A DNA stretch of 10,844 nucleotides from Armatimonadota bacterium (GCA_043814095.1 JBDRKI010000103.1:1-10844), one strand, 5' to 3'. Shown: positions 1-7,202, numbered from the stretch's first letter. A program made the numbers and translations. Notes: generated by a model not told the origin, from the sequence alone.

Positions 1-120
1 TTCTGCGGAATAGAATTAGACAGAGACTTAAATGCCGCAATAAATATTCTTAGGTTCGGGCAGAACCTTCGGGCGCTAACGCAGCGGACTGCCGCAAGCG
101 TAGCCCGAGAATCTCCTTGA
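1..120 (+). CDS. tnpB: C-terminal fragment of IS200/IS605-family RNA-guided endonuclease TnpB (5' part outside window)
   Basis: Frame 1 translates to FCGIELDRDLNAAINILRFGQNLRALTQRTAASVARESP* (TGA 118-120). CG-x3-DRDxNAAxNI is the end of the TnpB zinc ribbon plus the RuvC-III motif, with the catalytic Asp retained. Confidence 0.93.
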   Translation, partial: FCGIELDRDLNAAINILRFGQNLRALTQRTAASVARESP

Positions 121-141
121 ATTTATTCAGGAGAGTGTCAA
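1..141 (+). mobile_element. Right end of IS200/IS605-family element
   Basis: Subterminal hairpin (T)CTCC-t-TGAA-ttta-TTCA-GGAG(A) at 112-134, GAAT at its 5' foot (109-112) and TCAA at 138-141. This is the same guide/cleavage tetranucleotide pair (GAAT/TCAA) known for the IS608 right end. Confidence 0.85.
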
Positions 142-161
142 CCTCCTCATTTAAGAAAATG
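52..161 (+). ncRNA. Predicted TnpB omega-RNA (reRNA) 3' scaffold plus guide; true 5' end unknown
   Basis: Three consecutive stem-loops overlap the tnpB 3' end: AGGTTC/GAACCT (52-68); a long interrupted stem TCGG..GCTA..CGC..GCGG/CCGC..GCG.TAGC.CCGA (69-108); and the right-end hairpin (112-134). The guide is expected from 142 onward (CCTCCTCATTTAAGAAAATG). Confidence 0.7.
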
Positions 162-206
162 TTATGACCCCAAAAGTAAAAAGTGGCACAAATTAGATTA
201 AGCTAT

Positions 207-258
207 GATAAAAATAAAAAAGGGCGGTTGAAAACAACCACCCTTTTTTATTTTTATC
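207..258. terminator. Bidirectional intrinsic terminator
   Basis: 24-nt inverted arms 207-230 and 235-258 with 23/24 matches and a 4-nt loop. The GC core is flanked by A6/T6 tracts. The single mismatch is a G-U pair on the minus-strand transcript. It lies 14 nt past the stop of 273..899(-). Confidence 0.9.
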
Positions 259-272
259 TGCCGTTTTATTTC

Positions 273-899
273 TTAGTGCGTTGTAGGCTGCGCGGGTGTA
301 GGTTCTGCCGCGGGAGTTTCCGTTTTTTCAGCATTTGCTTCTTCAACCTCTTCCACGACTATCTGTTCCACGGCGGGCACAGACATATGGCTCTGGACTA
401 CAACCCATTTGTTTTCTTTTGTCTTTTCAAGAATTCCGGTAAATCTCACACCCGCGAAATTAACCGGTTTAACTTTCTCAACTTCTTTGACTTCTTTTGT
501 GTCTTTGTCCATTTCGGCTTCTTTGTATTTGACATCGGCGCTGAAATCAACAACTTCCCAGAACCATGCAACTTTGCCGGATTCGTGAACTTTGATAATC
601 TGATTTCTTACGTTTAACTTTACATTATCAAATTTCTCAAACTGTTTGTTCATGGCTTCGGAGAAAGTGGCCCATCCCACAAATTCCTCGCCCGGGGCTG
701 TGCCTATAACCATAACCTCGGGTCCCTGGGAATAAACCTGTCCGAGAAGATTTATGTCTTCATTCTCGGTAGCCTTTAAATTCTGATCAAGAACAGCCTT
801 GACCTGAGCGGTTTCTGCCGCTATATCAACTTTCTGTGTACAGCCGCAGACCATAAAAACACCAATTACCAGCAATAATGCTATGATTGCTTTTTTCAT
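273..899 (-). CDS. Lipoprotein with SnoaL/NTF2-like domain
   Basis: MKK, hydrophobic stretch and lipobox VCG-C20. The NTF2/SnoaL pattern (IGT.PGEEFVGW, GKVAW, RFTGILEK..NKWVVVQSHMS) is followed by an acidic/Pro-rich tail. SD AAGGAG at 915-910. Confidence 0.85.
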   Translation of the reverse strand: MKKAIIALLLVIGVFMVCGCTQKVDIAAETAQVKAVLDQNLKATENEDINLLGQVYSQGPEVMVIGTAPGEEFVGWATFSEAMNKQFEKFDNVKLNVRNQIIKVHESGKVAWFWEVVDFSADVKYKEAEMDKDTKEVKEVEKVKPVNFAGVRFTGILEKTKENKWVVVQSHMSVPAVEQIVVEEVEEANAEKTETPAAEPTPAQPTTH

Positions 900-933
900 G
901 TTTTTGTTTCTCCTTCCGTTATTTAAATTTTAT

Positions 934-963
934 AAAGACTCCCTGTAAACACAGGAAGTTTTT
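934..963 (-). other. Stem-loop in the 5' leader of the lipoprotein gene (or weak terminator of the upstream gene)
   Basis: Minus strand ACTTCCTGT-gttt-ACAGGGAGT (959-938) forms 9 bp with one G-U pair, extended by A-U pairs. The U-tract is only short. Confidence 0.4.
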
Positions 964-980
964 TATATTTTTAAGAGATA

Positions 981-1004
981 TTCTAGCTGGATTTTATTTT
1001 ACCT
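981..1004 (-). promoter_or_regulatory. Sigma-H-like promoter P1 (lipoprotein gene)
   Basis: gcAGG-taaaataaaatccagcta-GAAtat, 18-nt spacer. Confidence 0.65.
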
Positions 1005-1023
1005 GCATTTTAAAATTATATTT

Positions 1024-2670
1024 TTAAAATACTTTCGTAATCATTTCCGAACACCATTTTATAAAATGGGCGCTGGGCATAAATATAAGCTGGGAGACTA
1101 CTGTTCCCACAATCATGCCCACTATAAGAAAAACGGCCATAATCTCAACATGATGCTTAGGACGCTGACCCGATACCGCCTGGTCTGTTATAAGGGATGC
1201 CATGGGGTCAACTATAAGCCCCATAAGTATCGTAGCAACGCCGTTTACAACGCCGGAGAGCAGCGCCGCCTGCCTGGCAAAATCTTTGCAAAGAGCGCCC
1301 GCGTAAGTCGCCGCGAGAACCCCGATTGTATGAATGGCAATGACTATAATATTGTATATAAGGAAGTTCCTGGGTATCTGCCTTATTTCACTCAGCTTTA
1401 CTCCTAAAACAGAAGGAGTGCGCAGGCACCTTACCCATTTGCCCCAGTTATTAGGCATTAACGAAAACAGTATAACCTTGGGCAGGGAGCCGTATTTTTC
1501 CATGCCCCTTATTCCTTTATTGTAAATTTCAATAAAAGTAGGCATTAAAATAAAACCCACCGTCATGCCGAAAGTCGTGCCCAGTATAATCCATCGCAAC
1601 TGTCCTTCAAGCCGGAAAACAGTGTTTGTCTTGACGGCAAAATCCACTATAGTGCCTATTATGGGAGCATAAATCTGCTGGGCAAGCCTTGTTATTAAAA
1701 AAAACAGATTGTAAACGGCTATCGCCGTAGCGACTCTTTTTGTAACAACCGCGGACACTCTTGAAACCGCGGTAGTGGAATAAAGAACGGCAACGAGAAC
1801 GGCTAAAGACACGACAAGCGCTATGCTCCCGCCTACGCCCTGAGCCATTTTAACGGCAACAAATTCTACTACCGCAACGCCGGGCATGAAAAGAAACTGG
1901 GAGAGTATCATGCCTAAGACTGTGCCTGCAGTAAGAAAAACAGCTGTTATATAGATATGTTTCTTCGGACGTTCTCCCGCTATTACCTCGTCGGTAATAA
2001 GGGACGCTTTGGGATCAACAAGTGTGCTGAAAATTATCGCGGCGATGGAATTTACGGCGCCCGAGAGAAGCACTGTCGCAACCTTATATTCGGGGCGAAC
2101 GGCGCTGACATAAAGGGCGCATAAGACGCCAACTGTCCATATTCCCGTTCCTATAACATTCCATATAAGGAAACCGGCAGGCAGGCCTTCAAGGTTAAAT
2201 AAAGACACGCCGAAATTCGTAGGACGCTTGAAGCATTTTATAATCTTAGGTAAGTTTAGCGGATTTAAAGCCATTAGGACAACTTTTACCATTGAGCCGC
2301 TTCTTTCAAATGAGCGCACTCCCTTGCAGAAAAGCTCAACAAAGGTAGGAAGCAGTAACCACAGCGCAACCCCGCCTAAAAACGCCCCCCATATAATAAT
2401 GCGGAGTTGTATATTTAAAAGCCCTATGTTTTTGGACAAAACCGCCCTGTCCACATAAGTGGCAAGAAGAGGAATGTAAAAAAAGTTGGCAAACCGGGTA
2501 AACATAAAAAACACGTTATGAAGGGTATTTGATGTTGCGACCCTTCTTGTTATGACCGCTGCGGGACGTGAAGCGATGGTATTGGCGGTAAGAAGCGCCA
2601 CGATACCTGCCATAACCGCTATAAATATAAGTTTCGGATCTTTTAATGCAATTAAATACTGTTCAAACAT
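1024..2670 (-). CDS. amj: Amj/DUF2837-family lipid II flippase, tandem two-domain form
   Basis: Polytopic membrane protein with Amj-type motifs present twice at an offset of about 269 aa: SRPAAVITRRVAT/SRVSAVVTKRVAT, LLPTFVE/LMPTFIE, LLSGAVNSIAAIIFSTLVDPKASLITD/LLSGVVNGVATILMGLIVDPMASLITD. Confidence 0.85.
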   Translation of the reverse strand: MFEQYLIALKDPKLIFIAVMAGIVALLTANTIASRPAAVITRRVATSNTLHNVFFMFTRFANFFYIPLLATYVDRAVLSKNIGLLNIQLRIIIWGAFLGGVALWLLLPTFVELFCKGVRSFERSGSMVKVVLMALNPLNLPKIIKCFKRPTNFGVSLFNLEGLPAGFLIWNVIGTGIWTVGVLCALYVSAVRPEYKVATVLLSGAVNSIAAIIFSTLVDPKASLITDEVIAGERPKKHIYITAVFLTAGTVLGMILSQFLFMPGVAVVEFVAVKMAQGVGGSIALVVSLAVLVAVLYSTTAVSRVSAVVTKRVATAIAVYNLFFLITRLAQQIYAPIIGTIVDFAVKTNTVFRLEGQLRWIILGTTFGMTVGFILMPTFIEIYNKGIRGMEKYGSLPKVILFSLMPNNWGKWVRCLRTPSVLGVKLSEIRQIPRNFLIYNIIVIAIHTIGVLAATYAGALCKDFARQAALLSGVVNGVATILMGLIVDPMASLITDQAVSGQRPKHHVEIMAVFLIVGMIVGTVVSQLIFMPSAHFIKWCSEMITKVF

Positions 2671-2680
2671 CTGGAGTATC

Positions 2681-2704
2681 TTCTACAAGGAAAAATAAAT
2701 ACCT
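2681..2704 (-). promoter_or_regulatory. Sigma-H-like promoter P2 (amj-like gene)
   Basis: gtAGG-tatttatttttccttgta-GAAgat, 18-nt spacer, 10 nt before the ATG. Confidence 0.6.
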
Positions 2705-2713
2705 ACTTTTTCA

Positions 2714-2738
2714 AGGATTAATACAGATATGAGTAGAA
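2714..2738 (+). promoter_or_regulatory. Sigma-H-like promoter P3 (COG2426/flavin reductase operon)
   Basis: caAGG-attaatacagatatgagta-GAAata, 19-nt spacer. Confidence 0.55.
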
Positions 2739-2752
2739 ATATCTTTATTAAG

Positions 2753-2761
2753 ATTATACCA
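2753..2761 (-). promoter_or_regulatory. Possible sigma-A extended -10 element facing the amj-like gene
   Basis: Minus strand reads TGgTATAAT (perfect TGn-TATAAT); no clear -35. Confidence 0.4.
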
Positions 2762-2781
2762 TTTCAAATGGGAGTAATTTC

Positions 2782-3234
2782 ATGCCGTCTATAGCTTATC
2801 TATCAAAACTTTTATCGGTATTTGTCCTTGGAGCAATAGAGCTCTGGGCGGCCATACCCGCCGGCTTTATCATGAAGCTTGACCCCGTAACAACAGCCGT
2901 AACATCCGCTCTGGGAGCCATATCCGGTGCTTTTATAGTCTTAACCCTGGGGGAAGCTGCTAAAAAATTCTTTGAAAAATTTAAAAAGAAAAAAGAAACC
3001 GAATCCAAAGAAAGCTTTATAAAAAAGGTCTGGAATAAATACGGCGCGCCGGGGCTCGGGCTTCTTGCCCCCCTTATAACAGGCGCGCCTCTCGGCGTCA
3101 TACTCGGGGTATCGCTGGGCGCGGACCGTAAAAAACTCATCCTCTGGATAAATATAGGCGTAATTATATGGTCAGTCATACTGACCCTGGCGGTTGTGCT
3201 GGGCATAGCCGGAGCAGAGAAAATAAGGCACTAG
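2782..3234 (+). CDS. COG2426 / putative small multidrug export family membrane protein
   Basis: GAIELWAAIPAG, KYGAPGLGLLAPLITGAPLG and about four hydrophobic segments. SD GGGAG at 2770-2774. Confidence 0.8.
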   Translation: MPSIAYLSKLLSVFVLGAIELWAAIPAGFIMKLDPVTTAVTSALGAISGAFIVLTLGEAAKKFFEKFKKKKETESKESFIKKVWNKYGAPGLGLLAPLITGAPLGVILGVSLGADRKKLILWINIGVIIWSVILTLAVVLGIAGAEKIRH

Positions 3235-3250
3235 GAAGGAATGTTGACAA

Positions 3251-3772
3251 ATGAAAAAAATTAAAGACAATATCTACCATCTTCTGCATCCCAAGCTTTC
3301 CGTGCTTATAACAAGCATAGATAAAAAAGGAAGCCCAAATGTCATGTCATGCGCATGGACATCGCCCGCGAGCGAAATACCCCCTATTGAGATAATCTGT
3401 ATTGCAAAAGAAAGTTATACTGCAAAACTGATAAACGAAACTAAACAGTTTGTAATAAATATACCTTCAAAGAAACTTTTAAAAGCCGTATGGATATGCG
3501 GCTCGCATTCGGGAAAAGACACGGATAAATTCAAAAAAGCCGGACTTAAATACAAAAAAGGGAAATTTGTAAAGGCACCTGTAATTAAAGGTTCTGTTGG
3601 ATATATTGAATGCAAGCTATGGAAAACCGTCTCTGCCGGTGAATGTTATGTTTTCTTCGGAAAAGCGGTATATGCTTCGGTGGATGAAAAATATTTCAAA
3701 AAAGGCGGGTGGATAAAATCCGGGGAGCTTCCGCTTCATCTTGCAGGCGCAAAAATGGTATATGCCAAATAA
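3251..3772 (+). CDS. Flavin reductase family protein (DIM6/NtaB-like, FMN-binding split barrel)
   Basis: LLHP..VLITS..G.PNVM..AW, PP, FVINIP, CGSHSGKDTDKF, APVI...GYIECKL. SD AAGGA upstream; 16 nt after the previous stop. Confidence 0.9.
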   Translation: MKKIKDNIYHLLHPKLSVLITSIDKKGSPNVMSCAWTSPASEIPPIEIICIAKESYTAKLINETKQFVINIPSKKLLKAVWICGSHSGKDTDKFKKAGLKYKKGKFVKAPVIKGSVGYIECKLWKTVSAGECYVFFGKAVYASVDEKYFKKGGWIKSGELPLHLAGAKMVYAK

Positions 3773-3796
3773 AGGAATATTAGCGTCATGGAAGAA
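3773..3796 (+). promoter_or_regulatory. Sigma-H-like promoter P4 (TPR lipoprotein)
   Basis: aaAGG-aatattagcgtcatggaa-GAAtta, 18-nt spacer; full match to RNAGGAWWW-N11-RNNGAAT. Confidence 0.7.
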
Positions 3797-3833
3797 TTAA
3801 TGAACCGTTAGAACCCTTAAAAGGAGGGCAAAA

Positions 3834-4595
3834 ATGAAAATTTCACGCAAAATTCTTATAGTAATAGCCGTATTACTATGCGCGGCTCTGGCCGTAACAA
3901 CATTAACAAGCTGCAAAAAGAAAGATACCTCAGAGTATAATAAACTCGGGTTTGCTTATCTTAAAGAGGGTCTTATTGATGAGGCCATGGTAGAATTCCA
4001 GAAGTCTTTAAAAATCAACCCTAAAGATCTTGAAGCACGCAGCAACCTTGCCGCATGCTATATCCAGAAAGGCCAGCTTGATAAAGCCATAGACGAATAT
4101 CAAAAATGCACTAAAATAAAGCCCGAAGATGCAAATTCATATAACAACCTTGCTTTTGCTTATTATTCAAAAGGCGATACGGCAAAAGCTATCGAGACAT
4201 TCCAGAAATCCCTTGAAATTAACCCTAAATTTGCGGATTCCTATTACAACATTGGATATATTTATGATAAAACAGGAAAGCCCGATGAAGCTATAGTTGA
4301 GTACAAAAAGGGTATAGAAGCCAATCCCAATGACGCGAAAATCCACAACAGACTGGGACTTGTTTATTACAAAAAAGGCATGAAGGACGAAGCTCTCATC
4401 TGTTTCAAAAAAGCCATTGAGGTTAACCCGAATTACAATATGGGCTACTATAACCTCGCAAAATATTATTTTAACAATAAAGATTACGAGCTGGCAGTTG
4501 ACGCGTATAATAAAGCCGTTGAACTGGGATGTGAACCTAAAGAAGATTTCGCAAAAGCCATACAGCCGTATTTAGAAAAAAAGAATAATACTTAA
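3834..4595 (+). CDS. Tetratricopeptide-repeat lipoprotein
   Basis: Signal peptide with lipobox LTS-C27, then six 34-aa TPRs (e.g. ANSYNNLAFAYYSKGDTAKAIETFQKSLEINPKF). SD AAGGAGG at 3821-3827. Confidence 0.92.
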   Translation: MKISRKILIVIAVLLCAALAVTTLTSCKKKDTSEYNKLGFAYLKEGLIDEAMVEFQKSLKINPKDLEARSNLAACYIQKGQLDKAIDEYQKCTKIKPEDANSYNNLAFAYYSKGDTAKAIETFQKSLEINPKFADSYYNIGYIYDKTGKPDEAIVEYKKGIEANPNDAKIHNRLGLVYYKKGMKDEALICFKKAIEVNPNYNMGYYNLAKYYFNNKDYELAVDAYNKAVELGCEPKEDFAKAIQPYLEKKNNT

Positions 4596-4610
4596 TTTTA
4601 AGGGGAAAAT

Positions 4611-4640
4611 GGGGCCGGATATTTTTATATCCGGCCTTTA
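4611..4640 (+). terminator. Probable intrinsic terminator after the TPR gene
   Basis: Perfect 10-bp stem GGCCGGATAT (4613-4622)/ATATCCGGCC (4627-4636) with a TTTT loop, followed by TTTAATTT. Confidence 0.7.
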
Positions 4641-4647
4641 ATTTATC

Positions 4648-5331
4648 ATGAGAAAACTCTTCTTTTTTCTGCTTTTTATAATAATATTTATTTTCTCGCT
4701 TTACATATCTTTATATAATGTTCCAAAACCAAAAATCATATCTAAAATAGACATAATAAAAGAGATGACTGATCTGGAGATACCTTCCGGAAATATAGAT
4801 ACCAGCGAGATAAAAATCACTAAAAAAGACGGTAAGTATTATATAAATGACATCTGCTGTATTTCTGAAAAGGAAATGGAATATTTCATAAAATATAACT
4901 ATATTGAACTTTCCAATGATCCCGGTAATCCTACGGTAATAAGCCCTGATGAACTGCATACCATATTAAATATTTTAAAATATATGCACGCTGAAAAATA
5001 TAAAGTGCAGGGTACAATAATATCATGGAACGCGGGAGTAAACAGCGGCACATTCTCCATAAAAACAGATGACGGCAGAATAATGAACTATCTTTTCTGG
5101 TCCGGAAGCTGGGGACATCCGACCATAATAGGAAGTTATAAAGATGTTCTGAAAAACTACAGATGCTATGAGCCCGATTCATATGACTTTGCGGAAAAAA
5201 TTGAAGAAAAACCCTTCCCCGATGAAAAACTTTATTCGGGTAAAGATAAACTGGACAAAAAAATAAAGATTATTTACGTAAAGACAGATCCCGGAAGCAA
5301 GTGGAAATCCGTTGTGGCATATGAGCTTTAA
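4648..5331 (+). CDS. Hypothetical protein with N-terminal membrane anchor/signal
   Basis: 227-aa ORF filling the gap between genes; MRK plus a strongly hydrophobic stretch. No recognisable family and no SD. Confidence 0.7.
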   Translation: MRKLFFFLLFIIIFIFSLYISLYNVPKPKIISKIDIIKEMTDLEIPSGNIDTSEIKITKKDGKYYINDICCISEKEMEYFIKYNYIELSNDPGNPTVISPDELHTILNILKYMHAEKYKVQGTIISWNAGVNSGTFSIKTDDGRIMNYLFWSGSWGHPTIIGSYKDVLKNYRCYEPDSYDFAEKIEEKPFPDEKLYSGKDKLDKKIKIIYVKTDPGSKWKSVVAYEL

Positions 5332-6734
5332 GACAGTATCATAATCTTGGGTTCTGTCATCTCTTCTATGGCCCAGCGCGGGCCTTCACGCCCTAGCCCG
5401 GAATCCTTAACTCCCCCGTAAGGCATAGAATCTATCCTGAATGCCGAAACATTATTTATAATAACGCCGCCCGCGTCTATCTGGTCAAATGATTTCATTA
5501 TCAACCTTATATCATTAGTGAATACTCCGGCCTGGAGGCCGAAACGGGAGTCATTTACTTTATCCAGTGCTTTATCAAAATCATCATACCCCTCAAGCAC
5601 AATAACCGGTCCGAATACTTCTTTTGATACCACAGCGCACTTTTGGGGAACATTTTCCATAATTGTAGGTTCATAAACAGAGCCTGTAGAATTACCTCCC
5701 GATATAATCCTACCCCCTTCTTTAACGGCTTCATCAACCCAGTCTTTAACGCGTTCAAGATTGGCAGAATCAATTAAGGCGGAAATATCCGTATTTTCAT
5801 CCATAGGATCGCCTGTTTTTAACTTCTCTGTTTCACATTTAATCTTATTTTTAAATTCATCATAAATATCCGTATGTACATATATCCTCTGTACCGATAT
5901 ACAGACCTGCCCTGAATAGGAAAATCCTCCCGTAACGCATTTTTTCGCCGCATCTTCTATATCCGCGTCTTTATGCACAATAACAGCCGCGTTCCCGCCG
6001 AGTTCAAGCGCAACTTTCTTTTTGCCTGATTTTGCCTTTAAAGCCCAACCGACTGTATCGCTACCGGTAAATGTAAGCAGTTTAATCCTGTCATCCGCAA
6101 CCATCTTTTCAGCTAATTCTGATGAACATGGCAGAACGCTTATTGCTTCCCACCCGGCGCTGAGCACCGCAAATCCCAGCATTAACGCGCTTAAAGGCGT
6201 TTTTGACGCAGGTTTTATTATTACCGGATTGCCTGAGGCAATGGCAGGAGCCACTTTGTGAGCTACAAGCATCAAGGGAAAATTAAACGGGGTTATGCCT
6301 AAAACAGGGCCTATAGGGAACCTTTTTATAACCGCGGTCCTGCCTATGCCGGACGGAACTATATCAACGGGAAGAACCTCCCCCTTTATTCTTTTTGCTT
6401 CTTCGGCGGCTATCCTGAAAGTGGATACAGCTCTGTCAACTTCTATCCTTGAGAATCTAATGGGCTTACCGGCTTCCCGAGCTATAATTTCTGCAAACTC
6501 TTCTTTCTTGCTTTCCAGGTTATCCGCAGTTTTTACAAGTGCCTGAGCTCTTTCCATGGAACTCATGCGGCGTGTTTTTTCAAATAATTCTACCGATTTT
6601 GCAACCGCTTCTTCAATATCGGCTTCCTGCGCTTTGTAAGTTTCGGCAAATTCTTTCCCGTTATAAGGGTTAATAACGGGGAGTATATCATGGGATGCCT
6701 TTTTTCTGCCTGCAACTACAAATTGAAAATTCAT
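5328..6734 (-). CDS. NAD(P)-dependent aldehyde dehydrogenase
   Basis: ITPFNFP, KPASKTP, FTGS, catalytic Glu in LELGGN, catalytic Cys in GQVCIS, EVFGP, PYGGVKDSGLGREG. SD GGAGG at 6745-6741. Confidence 0.97.
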   Translation of the reverse strand: MNFQFVVAGRKKASHDILPVINPYNGKEFAETYKAQEADIEEAVAKSVELFEKTRRMSSMERAQALVKTADNLESKKEEFAEIIAREAGKPIRFSRIEVDRAVSTFRIAAEEAKRIKGEVLPVDIVPSGIGRTAVIKRFPIGPVLGITPFNFPLMLVAHKVAPAIASGNPVIIKPASKTPLSALMLGFAVLSAGWEAISVLPCSSELAEKMVADDRIKLLTFTGSDTVGWALKAKSGKKKVALELGGNAAVIVHKDADIEDAAKKCVTGGFSYSGQVCISVQRIYVHTDIYDEFKNKIKCETEKLKTGDPMDENTDISALIDSANLERVKDWVDEAVKEGGRIISGGNSTGSVYEPTIMENVPQKCAVVSKEVFGPVIVLEGYDDFDKALDKVNDSRFGLQAGVFTNDIRLIMKSFDQIDAGGVIINNVSAFRIDSMPYGGVKDSGLGREGPRWAIEEMTEPKIMILS

Positions 6735-6767
6735 ACTCTTCCTCCGGAATAAAATCTGATATATCTG

Positions 6768-7187
6768 TCAGTAATTATTATCTTTTACGGGAGCCCGCAT
6801 GCGTTTTTTTTGGGATTGTTTGTGTTTTACTTCAAGCATTTTTTCTTTAGCTCTTTTTGATCTTTTTCTTTTCTGGCGTTTTAACTTTTCAATGCGCTTT
6901 CTTTCTTCCGATTCCCTGCCCAAAGCAATCTCATTAATCTTCTTTATTAATATTTTACGGGCGTAATAACGGTTTAATGACTGCGAGCGCTCTTTCTGGC
7001 ATTTTACTTCAATGCCGGTGGGAATATGCTTAAGATACACGCAGCTTGAGGATTTATTGACTTTCTGTCCGCCCGGACCGGAAGATTTTATGAATTTTTC
7101 AATTATATCTTCCTCTTTTATCCCGAGGGAGGACATCTTCTCTATTATAGCTTTTTCTTTTTCATGACTTATGCCGAAATCATACAT
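6768..7187 (-). CDS. Stand-alone GGQ peptidyl-tRNA hydrolase domain protein (release-factor-like ribosome rescue factor, C12orf65/ArfB class)
   Basis: [11 protein letters not shown] (GGQ at aa 39-41), [22 protein letters not shown] and a long Lys/Arg-rich tail. It has no codon-recognition domain (139 aa). Confidence 0.92.
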   Translation of the reverse strand: MYDFGISHEKEKAIIEKMSSLGIKEEDIIEKFIKSSGPGGQKVNKSSSCVYLKHIPTGIEVKCQKERSQSLNRYYARKILIKKINEIALGRESEERKRIEKLKRQKRKRSKRAKEKMLEVKHKQSQKKRMRAPVKDNNY

Positions 7188-7202
7188 TACTTTTGATATC
7201 CT

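Noticed and set aside
136-141. Perfect TTGACA on the minus strand at the IS end
   Set aside because: No -10 at 16-18 nt; it is just the reverse complement of the TGTCAA terminus.
130-145. IStron (self-splicing group I intron/IS hybrid) 3' splice site
   Set aside because: Group I introns end in G, but the predicted end is TCAA. No intron core is visible in the window, so the idea is unsupported.
118-201. TGA recoding or read-through fusing TnpB to the downstream in-frame peptide
   Set aside because: TGA serves as the natural stop of 6768..7187, and long genes read through without internal TGA. Sharing a frame has a 1-in-3 chance.
183-617. 144-aa + strand ORF, and the other short ORFs nested in or antisense to real genes (1066, 1334, 2228, 2796, 3415, 4711, 4931, 5555, 6022, 6295, 7193, 7289, 7396, 8319, 9435)
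   Set aside because: These are shadow frames of well-supported genes with no recognisable motifs. 183..617 also runs through the terminator.
3930-4545. 102-nt periodicity
   Set aside because: Explained by protein-level TPR repeats. It is not a DNA repeat or CRISPR array, and I saw no array in the window.
4609-4641. 10-codon mini-ORF MGPDIFISGL across the hairpin, a possible leader peptide
   Set aside because: The SD-like AGGGG is only 3 nt from the ATG, with no regulatory codon run and no alternative structure seen.
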